This document shows, piece after piece, positions 40,986 to 53,679 of a stretch of DNA of 64,000 nt. Below the pieces are notes generated by a model. It did not search any database. It had not been told where the DNA came from and saw only the letters and a program-made list of their open reading frames with translations. Each line of letters begins with the position of its first letter. Positions within the stretch are counted from its first letter, which is position 1. Location: assembly GCA_964057225.1 (NCBI GenBank), contig OZ059894.1:16244001-16308000 (forward strand), written 5' to 3'. This DNA is from Auanema rhodensis. Its lineage: Eukaryota > Animalia > Nematoda. The position numbers were made by a program, and so were the translations under genes.

Positions 40986-43295
40986 TCATGTAAGAGTTAC
41001 GATAGACTTGTTGACATTATCTATGCTGATAGAATTCTTGCAATAAAAGCAATCGCTTTGAATTTCCTCGTAATTCTGTAACTTCAACAAATCAGCGTTG
41101 ATTCGGTCAGCCTCACGTCTTCCACTAAGAAAAGCACCAACAGTTGTTTGGAACAGCCTTAATATTTCATTTTGGGTTGTTCTCTCTTTTTTTTGCTAAC
41201 CTGTGATGGGTTGCTTCTCCTGCAAACAGTATTCTGGGTCTTCTTTTAATTTTAATAGGAATAGCCAATCGGGAATGACTAATTCCCGCTTGAGCTTGAG
41301 CAGCACTCAAGTACGAATATGAGCCTAGCAGCAAATCGTTCTTCGTTAATTTTGTTCTGCATGCGTGTGAATTCAACTCGATAACTTTGAATATTCAAAC
41401 CTTATAATCTCACTTGGAGGCTCAATGGTGGGATCAGATGCCATAGAACGAACTAATTTAGTTATGCGCTCTGATATCTCCTCATTTGACATTGAATCAA
41501 CCAATGGGTGTCCAGCTCCGGCGATGAAAGCCATTAGTGTGTTTGGTTGCCAGGACACAACCTTAAATTTGTCATGATTATTTAGCTTCAACCAAGTAAT
41601 ACCTCTAATGTGTTCATTTCTTTCTCAAATGGATAAACTGGGTCTTTCGATAGTCCTTCTATTGGCAGCAGGGTTATATAGGTGGTACCATTTTTCCAGA
41701 ATGGGTTATCCCAACGGAAGAAAATTTTGCAATTGCCTCCAAATCCTACAATTATTAGAAAACTTAATAGAATTAAGTTGAAATCAGTCTTTTTTTACCA
41801 ATTTTGTCAATAGCTTCAATTTTTTGTCTAGGAAGGGGTGGTGTGAATAATTTTTTGTGAAATTTCTTGAGATGACCAAGTGAGGATGTTACGATAACAT
41901 AATCGTATTTCTTATCTATTATTCCATCCTGAAGTTTCTGTTTTTGCCCACTAGGCAAATCATTACTAACCTCTTTAGTTGTTATATAGCTTCCATCTTC
42001 TCCATAGTCAATATTGACTACGGTCTTATTGAACCTGATCATGTCATCAAGTCCTTCGGCAATTTTATCAATAATTGCCTTAAATCCAATGTGATCTGTA
42101 GTATATGAATCACCTTCAGAACTAATCTGGTTGAATTCAGCTAGAACTCTAGCACTCAACTGAAATTTAATTTCTTTTTGAATTACGTATACAACGTCCT
42201 TACGTCTTCCCAGTTTCCACCCCATTCAAACTCCCAAAAAGTTCTGTATGGTCTAATTAAAGCATCCATAAGCTTTTTACGTTCTCCACTAATATTGTAT
42301 TTCTGAAAAAAAATTAGTACTAGGTAAGCACGTGCAGTCACGTGTCTACGTGAATCCATAAAAGAACAGGTTTCATTTTCATATGATTTGTTAATGGGTC
42401 GGTTGCATTTGTTATTATTTTCGTTTGAATCAAAAGTATTATTAGTGATCCTTATAATTATTTCTTTTGTTTCTATTACTTATACTTACCCTGAGAAATC
42501 TGTTGTAATCTTCCATGAAGATTGTTTTGAAGGTGTATACACGTGAAAGCAAATCGTGATTCTTTGCCAATGTTCTGTATTTTTTGTACAAAGGTGTAAC
42601 AAATTTTCGGAACAATTCTATGTCATCCCTGTGAAAATTACTTCGTTTTTTGTTTAGAAATTATGAAAACCTGTCTATTGGCTGGTTCCCTGTTAGAACT
42701 TCTGCATTAGTAAATTGAGCTGTGTCAGGGAGCAAATTCTGCTCCACTACTCCCGCTTCCTTAGCTATATCATAGATTGGGTTATTCTTACCATTGATAA
42801 ATTGGGCCCCCATTTGTAGGTAACCATTGTCTGAAAGAACGGCAGTTTTGAAGTTATTATGTTATATAGTATTAAAGATAGCATATTATCAAAGGTCATG
42901 TATTTTCGTATGATATCGCAAAGCCTCACTTACGGTAGGGCAAGCGATGATGTCACTAACACGAAAACTGTTTTGACAAAAAAGTTTGTCATCGGTGTCT
43001 TCAAATACGATGGACTGTTAGAAAAATACTTACAATATGGAATAGGATGAATTCGTCCCCCAATCCTAGTAGATCCTTCATAAATATCGATGTCTGTCAA
43101 TCCTAGTTCAGTCAATCGACGCGCGGCGGATAGACCTGCGGTACCGGCGCCGATGACTGCTATAGAAGGTTCTTTTTTCGACGACGACTCCTTCTAAAAT
43201 ATGATTTGTGAAAATCATGAGTTAATTCTTGTTTTACAAACCTGGACAGTTATTCCACAAGCGATAACAGCGGTTAAAAGTATCAGGCGCATCAT
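40986..43295 (-). CDS. Flavin polyamine/spermine oxidase (hpo-15-like) with N-terminal signal peptide
   Basis: IAVIGAGTAGLSAARRL, YEGSTRIGGRI, LQMGAQFING, VIVTSSLGHLK..LFTPPLP, GFGGNCKIF, LGSYSY and LFAGEATH..FQTTVGAFLSGRREADRI. Confidence 0.92.
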
Positions 43296-43952
43296 GTTTC
43301 CAAATGCCGGCCAGCTTTGTTATTATTTCCAGAGCTTTGTGCTCTTCCAAGAACGTCGGAACAGCGGTGTTGAGAATGAAAATAGTGAGGAGGTTGATAG
43401 ACTCGAACCTTATATACACAACTGATAAGATGTTTTAAAATAGATCACGTGCAGTAGAGATGATAAAACTGATGCCGAATATGGTCATACGATGACGAAC
43501 AGTTTAGTGTATCTGACTCCTGGGCGTCATAGGTCATTCCCATTTTAATCAGTAACATAATTATCAGGAATTTATGTTGTAGATGATTATGGAAGAACTA
43601 CATATATCAATTAACTCTAATCTGTAGAATGTGTAAAAGGAATACCTTCGGCTAGAAATTCCAAGTAAATGCTCTAATCAGGCATTATCATATCATAAGC
43701 GTTACAGGCCATAATGTCATGCTTTTGGATAACGGCCTATATTTCCTAACTCTCCGTAGTTTTTCAAACTTCATGAAAATTATCCAGAACATCTTGGACT
43801 AAAATTAGAATCAGTTTTTGAAAAAAAAACAATATATGCTATGAATATATAAATTTCATTTTATTGATTGCGTGATTTTTTTTTCATTACTACTTTAATA
43901 AGAAAATTTTTCTTTTTCATACGTGTACTATTTTTAGATTACTATAACAAAT

Positions 43953-46900
43953 ATGAGTATCTCGGAGAACAATGCTGTCGATTCTGTTGTTCGCCGATTA
44001 GTTGTTGATAAAAGTATCCAAATATCTGACTATATGGAAGAGATAGGGTGAGATGATTTTGCACTCCGTCCATCACATTTTTGATATATGAACAATTTCT
44101 AACTATGGCAAAGCAAAAGAACTAAAGTTAAGATTTCTTATCTTCAGACCCAACTTATTATCGGAAAAACCGGAAGCTCGAGAAGAAGGATTGACTAAAA
44201 TTGTTGAAGTTTTAACAAAACTTCCACATGATTTTTTAACTGATGAGCAAGGTTAATATAACAATCAAAGATTTATTCTTCTTTGTTTTACAGTTGGTCT
44301 TTTGTTGGACTTTTTACTTGGAAGACTTGAAGGATCAGCTTTAGCTGGTGGCTCTGTTGTCGAAGGAATAAGACATTTGGTATTTTAATTCATCTTTATT
44401 CGTATCAAAGTAACACCTTTCAGGTTTTACATAGTAAAAATCTTCCCGAGAACTTTGAACAACCTCTTTTCCTAGTTTTATTCCGGTTTGTTTATAACAA
44501 ATTTTTATAAATTAACGACATTTGAATTAAAGTGATGGGAATGTCCAAGCATGGCCTCAAAAGGAGAGAATGAAACATTATGAGATTATGGAATGGCTAT
44601 TTCTCAATAGAGAAGCAAGTATGTTAATGATAATAATAAAAAAGTAAGTGATTTTTCTTTTCAGAGCTAAAAAGTCTGGGTTCTGAAGTTGTACTATCAT
44701 TTATAAAATCTGTGGGTGGTGAACGAGACCCGAGATGCTTGCTAGCTGTTTTCAAAATGCTAATCACAGGTATAATAGAAATTGGAACCGGAATTCTATG
44801 AAGTATTGCAGTTACTAAAATTTTCCCAATTGAACCTTTTTCGGAAGATTTGTTTGAAGTCATGGCATGTTATTACCCAGTTGAATTCAAACCTGTGAGT
44901 TTTTCTAGACTAATTAAAGATTTAAACTTTTTGAGTTTTAGCTGCCTGGTGAAAATTTGATTACAAAAGAAATGCTAGCTTTTGCCTGTAGAGCTACTCT
45001 TGTGGCTCACCCAACTTTTGCTCCTTTTTGTTTCTTACTTATTGAGGAAAAATTCGAAGAAGATGAAACAACTTATGAACAAAAAGAAGAACTTTGCAAT
45101 TTAATTGTAAGATATATTTTTTGATCTGAAATATATTTTCTCTTAAGACTTTGGCTGCTAATTGTTTTTCCTTAGCATCTATGTTACCCTTCGTTCCTAA
45201 ACTTTTAGGAAGTATTCGATCTGTTGCTCTCGATCCTCGTAACAAAGGTAATGAACATATACATATTTCTAGTATTTTCATGATTTCTTAAGGTGATTTG
45301 TGTTCTAGCGTGTTTGAAGCTTTGAGAGCTATCATAAATTCAATGGAAAAAAATAAGAGTGATAAACTGCGGCCAGCAATCAACACAACGATTGAAAGTA
45401 GGAACCTTTTTTGAACTGTTTATGAAACATAAATTAAAACTCTTTTAGATTCCGAAATGTTTGTCTTACAAGCTGAAATGGGCTTGTCTGAAAAAGCATT
45501 AGCCCTGCTTCGTGCATTAGCTGAATCTTGCCCAACTCATCAATCTATTGTGTTTAATCAAGTTTTTCCATGGATTTGTACATTGGTTCAAGGTAAGAGT
45601 GCTAAAAAAATTAGTATTACTATTCGAAACAATTTGTTTGTTTAAATTTCTATTGTTTGTCTGGAATAATACTTTTTATTATATTAAGACGTAGAAAAAT
45701 TGTTTGCTTTCTTTATTTTGACGCATATATTTTATTGTTCTTACTATATTTTTACAGGCACTACAGTGAACGCTACTGCTAATCGTATAGATATTTGTCA
45801 AGAAGGCTTACAATTTTTAAGAGAGTGGGCTACGTTTGCAAGGGAAAGTAATGAAGGTATGGCATAGAATTTATGACTATTTTTAGAATCAACTTTTAGT
45901 AAAAGCATTGGAGCTCTATAATGACACCATTTTTGCTTCAATTGATAAAGCTAGAGAGTATTTACCATCACTTTCTATTCAATCTTTTTATCACTGCCTC
46001 AAGGTTAACGATAGCAAAAAAATAGGAGATTGAGATTAAAATTCGATTTTTAGGAATATGTGCTTGCTGAGTGTGCAACCGAATCGTTGATTGAAAGGGG
46101 TATGGAATTTATTAAGAGAGCTTTGAAATCAACAGAAAGCGAAAAAGAAAGGTGACGAGAATAACGTTTCTTGTTTATATAATTTATATTATATAGATTA
46201 GCATTCTTGAAGTTTGCTACAGTGTTCGCTAAGTTTAGAAGCGTGGACGTTATTCAACTTGTGAAAAATGCCGATTGTGATTCGGATGAAAAATATTTTT
46301 TAATTCTATGTTCATGTATTGTTGATGAGAAGTCATGGTTAGAATTGAGAGAAAAGTTCATATCTCTTCTAAGTAGTGGTAGTTTTGAACTTGGAAATAC
46401 TGTAGTAGCATGACTTGTTTAGTTTCTTCCAATGTCACGTGCTTGGATTATCTCGTTGATACTCTCGGCAGACTTGCAACAGACAATCAAGATGTTTTGA
46501 ATGGTATCGTCAAGGAGTTTATAAATTTTATTATTCAAGTAAAAAAGAAATATATTTAAGATTTGTAATATATAATTTTTAGTCGAATCAATCTTCTGAC
46601 CTCGTGGAAACCACACTTCAGAGTATTGGTCTTTTACTTGAAGAAGATGTACACACGGAATTGTCAAAAACGTACCTTAATATCCCATCATTCCGATTGT
46701 TTGTAGCTCAATCAGAGGTACAGTGTATTCAGTATTTTAATAAAATTGAAATCATATGATTTAGGATCCTTCTATAATACTGGAGGCTATTGGCATAAAG
46801 TCGGATGATTCTATTATACCTCTTGCTTATTCTTATATCAATCGAACAGGGTCAGCTGATGATTTATCTGAGGAAGTGAAGCAACAAAAATGGTGATACA

Positions 46901-47895
46901 TGTTAATATATAACCAAAAATTCAATATAACGTGCTCTAGGTTTGATTTTATTTATGCAAAATCTCTAATAATGCGTGGTAGTAGAGATGGTATTACGGC
47001 TCTTACAAAGGTTTGATCGTCAACCTTTTTATTTTTGTTTAAGCATTAGTTTATTTAGATTTTCCAATCAATATCGGAAGGCAAAGTATCATCTTCCGGT
47101 AATGTAAATCTATTTGATTTCAAATCTAATTGGTACAATCCTGAGAGATGCAAAATTGTGTCAACTATACTATGGAAACAAAGGTATTACCTGTGGATTA
47201 AAAAAATAAATTATGCTTTTAGAATTATGTGCCAATCTGTTCCGTTCTATATCGAAGCTGTAGTATCTGCTGATGACAGTTTGTCTAGTTTTGTTTTCAC
47301 TTATTATTTATTAATTTAGAAGCAAACATTCTGGAATTGTTACCACCTGTCTTGGAGTTTGCATTAGAGTTAGGCGATTCTTTTTCTTCACAAATGCAAC
47401 AGGTTAGTTTGTTAGTTTATAATTCATTGCTCTCAAATATTATTTTCAGTTTTTACCAGTATTTATAGCCGCTTTATCTTCGGATGGAAGATTAGCTGCT
47501 CCTGTGCTAAAATCGCTTGTGTCTTTCGTAGCTGGCCTCTCTCCAGAATTGCTCGATCAACAATCTGTGCACAAGATGGTAATCAAATTGTGCCAAGAGC
47601 TGAGAATGGGATCAATGGTTCACTTTCGTTTATGAGCTGAATTTTTGTTTTATTTCTTGTTTCAGATGTCTGTATTGGATGCCTTGAAATGCTTAGAACT
47701 TATTGCTCGACGTGCCTTGCCCAGAAATACTCAACCCTTCATTTCTTTAGTGTCAGAAGCTACTTCTCAAACCCTGGGCCACAAAAAACGGGTTGTGCGT
47801 CAGGCTGCTGCAGTAGTTGTTAATCTTTGGTAGGACAGAAAATATACATTTTCGAATTAATTAAATGTTTCAGGGAATTGTTGACTACAAAATAG
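43953..47895 (+). CDS. mms-19: MMS19 (cytosolic Fe-S assembly targeting complex), many exons
   Basis: FIKSVGGERDPRCLL, PFSEDLFEVMACYYPVEFKP, FAPFCFLLIEEK, LWKQR and LGHKKRVVRQAAA..NLWELL. Confidence 0.92.
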
Positions 47896-48931
47896 ATCTT
47901 ATATACTATAGTTATATTTTAATTGTATATACAACGAAGACTGTTGAATATTTTTCATAAATTTTTCTCTTATACATGTTTTACAGAGTAACTAGAACTG
48001 TAAGTTTTTCTATACCGCAAAGGAAATGAAGGCTAAAATTACCGTGGTAGCTTGAATAATTTTTATTGTGAATCCAGCTAAATCGGTTGCATTAACTTAC
48101 TGTCAATTAAAAATATTAATTAGACAATAGTAGAAAAACTAATAATACCAGGAATCCTTTAAATTAAAACATCGTTTTGGTAATACTTAATATAATTTAG
48201 CTCAATAATTCTTTTACTCAATTTGGTAAAATACTTTTTATTTATGAATTTATTCCAGTGAATTAGATTATGTTGTTTGATATTTTCCCATAAAAAGAAT
48301 ATTGGCTCATATTCTTTCGTGACCTCTCAAATCTGTCCTCTTCTCGCACTTCGGTCGTTCACATTACTGGAACCTCTATCTCGAGATAGAACTAATTACC
48401 GAGGACTAGTACCCGAAACACATTCCGTATGTGGTAAATCGTTCTGAAACCGGATGCCTTCTTACACTGAACACTAACTGGTTGGTCAAGAATGCTCTCG
48501 GACATTGTTGCTTTTGGCTGATTCTCATTCGTTCGTCCTCCTATCGACATAGCTACATGTCAGAAAACTCGGAGCTTTTCTTCAAAATGATCGGCGTCCA
48601 ACTGTGACAAGAATCTGGTCATATATCCGCGATAAACTATGCTATCACTCATTTAGCCTTTTTGCAACAATAGGTTTAAATCTTGTTACTTCTATCCGGG
48701 TTCAGCCCACTCTTCTCTTCCTATTTCAGTTCTTACTACGCTTACAAGATTCATTCATATCATGAGTCTAGGAACAGTCATATAACTTGTATAATTCAGT
48801 TTCTAAAAATTATTATATTCAATATTTTCACTCTATCAATACCAATAAATATAATTTGATACTCACAAACAAACATTGTTCTCAATTCCTATAATATATA
48901 TTTTTTTAAATTGCTAAAAAGTTTATTACAG

Positions 48932-51898
48932 ATGAAACAATGTTTAATAATTTTAATTACGCTACTTCTTCTTATTCACTGTTCTAGTTCATTTTTTTTT
49001 GACCTCGGATCATTAGGAGGTATGCTTACTTCATTTCAATATCATATCATCTGAATCTTCTTTCAAGGATGTTCATGTCAATCGTCAAAATGCGGACCTC
49101 CCGCTCCAGTTATGGGCTGTCAGTTGCTCTGCCCCGCTGCACCAGCACCTTCAGGATGTGGGCAACAATATTCTGCTCCAATTCCTCAACCATCATACTG
49201 TATAAATACCTCATCTATAATATATATAATAATCTGTTTTCAGCTTTCAATCAAATGTTTAACCCATTTTCACCATCTCAATCGAGTTATCAACCTAGTT
49301 TATCATACAACCAAGCTCCTCCAATTCCGATGGCTCCTTTGCCTCCTCCACCAATGCGTATTCCTCCTCCACCACTGCGTGTTCCACCTCCACCTCCACC
49401 TCTATATCCTTCTATTCCACCACCAGCTCCTCAGATTCCTTCGAATGCCTACCAAATATCGTGAGTTTTTCATAGGTTCCTCTCTAAATAATATCGTATG
49501 CTAGACCTTCAAGCATATACGGAAGAGAAAGTCACAACCCTCCCAATCTCCAGGCACCAGTTCGAGTATCTCCTATACTATCACAGGCAAAATTGAATCC
49601 AATACAATAAAATAACAAGAAATAATTATTTCAGACATCTTTTAATGAACAAAACAATCTTTTAACTAATAGCTTCAATCGTGGAAATAGTTATGCTACT
49701 TCAAAATCACAATTAAGGTCACAATTAAGGTTATTTAATTATACAAATGTTTTTTTTATAGTTTGGAGCCACCTAATCATCAATATGTAGAAGAAGGGCC
49801 AATGAATCCGAATTCCGTTGATTTACATCAAAATTTTGAGGTATGATCGTTTATTTACCACTAAGCAAGAAATTTAAGGAATTTGCTGGAAAATAATTGA
49901 AAATACATTAATAAATGCAAGTATAGCGTATTAAAGAAGTTTTCATCTTCCTATGCCTTCACTGTTTCCTTCTAGTTTCCGTTACCAACTTCTCTATTTT
50001 CTTTTTCTTTCTCTCGCTCTTGCAATTATCGGTTAGATCCTCATTGACTTTCTGAAAAACCTGATGTAATATTTTCTGAACCTTTTCCTTTTGAGAGTTA
50101 TGTAGTTAAACTAGTTAACTAGACAATTTATACTTTTAGTTTTATTTATTTCAAAATTTTAGTTCAAGTTTTAACATTTCAGGATAGTTTTGGAAACAGT
50201 GATAGTGAAGTTCATGAGGTGAATTTCTAAAAGTTTCTATTACTGAAACAATTTTTCAGACTACTCATCACTATGAACAGAATGTTGAACCTTCTACAAC
50301 ACATGCATTTGAACAAGCGTATGATGATCTTGATTCCCATCCTCAAGTTATAGAAGCTAGTAAATCAAATAGCTATGTTCTACCAAAGGTAAAGGTATCT
50401 TGTTATTGAAATTCAGTTTAGGAATTTATTTCAGGAGACGTTTTCGGCTTTTGCGGATGATGCAGGTAGTCGTCCTATCTCTTCTATTGCTGAAATTAAA
50501 ACCACGGAAGTTAATGTGCTTCTTTAACAACAACAGAATAGAGAACAAAGATTAATGTTTCAGTTGACTCCCGTTAAACCTTCGGACACAAATAGCTGGG
50601 AAGAAGATAATAATTATAATTGGGGAAATAAACTAAAACCTCAAACTTCGGCAGAAAATCCCGATGACAATCTAGAATATACAACAGTTTGTAACTAATA
50701 TTCTTGAATACCATTTTCATGTTTGACCTCGAGCAGTTGAATTCAAAAAAATCTTCAAATAACATTAAATTGAAATTTTTTCTTCTTTCAGCAATCGACT
50801 ACTTCTTCTACTGAATATATTCTTATAACTCAACCACCAAGTGATTTTCAATCTTTTTCAAATCATAATCAACCAAAAACATTTGAATATGAGCTACCAA
50901 CAACAAAAGCGGATATCTAGTATGTTTCTGTATTTCATAAAAAACCAATATATTTATGAATATTTGTAGTAGTGGACCAACAACAATAGCTGCAATCTAC
51001 ACAAGTACGGATAGTGTGCAGACAGGTATTAATCTTATTTTCTTCATTTTTTTGCTAATTTGATCTCAGATAAAGGAGGAAACGATAATGTAGGATCAGA
51101 TTATGAAGACGATTATGAAACTGTTGATAAAATTGAACAAATGAGTAGTAAGCATAAACTATTTTTGAAAAACTCATTTATTGGGCGGAATCAGAATGTT
51201 TTTCACTAATTGTTGAACGTTTCAGAAACTGGTCCTGATCCTAAGGGCGATGACTACTTCGAATCGGATAATAGCTATGAGAAAAAGAAAGAACGTAATA
51301 TTAATAAGAAAGAAGTATAATATTGGAAAAGTTTTAATTATAATATATTTCATGAATATTTTCAGGTTGAGGAGCTTGCTGTAGAAGAAGATGAAGAAAA
51401 GATTAATATATTACCTGAAGAGACATCAACTATTATTAGCACAACTATACCAGAATATACAACAACAACAGCAACAACGGAAAATCCGACATCATCAGCA
51501 ACAATACCTTCACTTTTCAAAAAATTTAAAGATTTGGTATTTATAGGAAAATCTCTTAACATTTCATTATACTATTTCAGACTACATATTCAACTACAAA
51601 TCATACGAAAGAATCTGGTAGTTTAGGAAAATGTAATAATGAAAAGTTGAAAGATATTATGGAAAAGGTTTTATTTTGATTATAAAATTAATAATATTTA
51701 TATTAATTCTAGAAAATGTCTCGATCTGCTTCAGCATCTAAACAAGCTATATTCACAACAGCATCTCGAATGTTCCCTGATACAACCTTAAATGTTATTT
51801 GTTCTTGTCATTCATTCTCCTATATAGTTGTTACTTCACCCATCTATTGTGAATTACGCAAATCACCATTAACTTGTTTTGCTTTCGTTACCCCATAA
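48932..51898 (+). CDS. Second ground-like domain (grl family) secreted protein, multi-exon
   Basis: Signal peptide, SSSFFF..GCSC..C, poly-Pro and Thr/acidic regions, and C-terminal CNNEKLKDIM..SKQAI..NVICSCHSFSYIVVTSPIYCE..LTCFAF. Confidence 0.88.
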
Positions 51899-52443
51899 TC
51901 ATGATTCTGATAGGTTGCAATAGTTCAAAATGGTCTACTTTCTATGGTTTTCTTTGTTTAGATTGTGAAAGACTAGGTTACGTCAAAGCTTATATACCAT
52001 ATAATCCAGATGACGTCGACAAATTGCAATATATACATAAGTAAATTGATGTTTCTAAACTACTGAACTTCCTTTTTAAAATTTATTGTGTTTATAGAAA
52101 TTGGTTATATTAGCAAAAATAGTTAAACGGGTGATTTGTATATTGTTATTCAATGGTTTTTTTAATTTATTTTAGCTTATTAAGGTTATTTGATATTTTC
52201 CTCATAAATGCGTTTTATTCAATAAAATTGAAATTCAAATAAATGGAGATCAGAATAAACATTGAAGACAAGCAGAATGAGACAAACGAATGGCAAGATA
52301 TTGGAATGATAAAAGTATGTATGCATATCCAAGTTATACATTGGTTCTGTTGAGTTATTGGAGATGTTCTTATGTATAATCTCAATTATAACTAAGTTAA
52401 ATATACATATGTATGTCCCAATAAGTTTTTAAAGAGAAGATGG

Positions 52444-53679
52444 TTAAACAGTTGTGACATAAGCACTGTCCATTCCATAATATGGAATATCAACTGATCT
52501 TGATTGTGAAGATGATGATGTACTGCTATTCACCAACTGACTGTATTCGAGCAAACGTGGGTCTAGTGAAATCTAAAACGTAATCTTAAACTTTGGTATT
52601 TTTGGATAAAAAATAAGGAAAAACAACATCAAAGTTTGAACATAATCTTGAAATATGTTTTTGAGATTCATTATACCTCACATGAAGTAAAAAACTATAT
52701 TTGCATTCTAGAAGGAGACATAGGATAATATTCTTTATATAAGCTTAAGCTTATTTCAAATAAATTTAAAAAAAAAGAAGAAAAGACGATTGATCGTTCA
52801 CTAAAAATGTATTTTCTTTATCTCTTGTAAAATTCCGATGATGAATCAAGTAGTTGATGATATATCAAGTCAAACGAAAACGTCTCGTATATCATCAATA
52901 GATCAACAGAAAAAATCTCCGTCATTATGTGGTCAAATAGTTGAAAGATAAAGAACAAGAAAGAAATTATTCACGTGATATTTCAGAAATAACAGACTTA
53001 CCTTGCGATCTACTATGAATTTGGATGTATCAAACAGACGAGGATCGAATGATGAGCATTTCCGGCTAACAGCTTGAGTTTCCTTCCGCTTAAACAATCC
53101 ACACTGAATAATGAATAGTTTTTGGAAAATTATCATTTGAGTTCTACGCGATAGCATAGAAATTCAATTAGTTATTGGATAATCATCACGTAGAATCTCA
53201 AATGAAATCTTTTTTTATATATTTAGTAAGGAGAATGTCCAAATACAGGCGCAAGTTTTAAGCGTAAAGTGCAAAATTCAGGAGTTTGATTCGAAGAAAT
53301 TTTTTCGAACAAAAAAAATAGTTTTTTGAGTTTCAAGATTGATTTGTTTGAATTGTCTAGCTTGTTCTCCGTCAAGAGTGAGTCAGAAGAAGGTGTCAAA
53401 TTGAAGAAACTAGTTTTTATAATTTCATAAAGTTATTATTATCTATATATCGTATATATATGTAAATATATAGAAAATATATTAATAATAGTGTTACCAT
53501 ATATAGTCAGACTGACTGACTGTCTTAAATAAAAATAAAAATACCTTTGTAACATCAAAACAACAAATGCAGATACACAAGAGTAGAGAGATAATGGTGA
53601 AGACGAGAAATATGACTAGACCTATAGGATACTGACAATGGCATCCCAATGATGGGTCTGAGGATGGTAGAATCGACAT
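52444..53679 (-). CDS. Unrecognised 121-aa single-pass membrane protein, 3 exons
   Basis: Exons 53679-53545, 53103-53002 and 52572-52444 are all phase 0 with GT-AG sites. TTTTTAG lies just before the ATG. TM segment is IGLVIFLVFTIISLLLCICICC. Confidence 0.75.
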
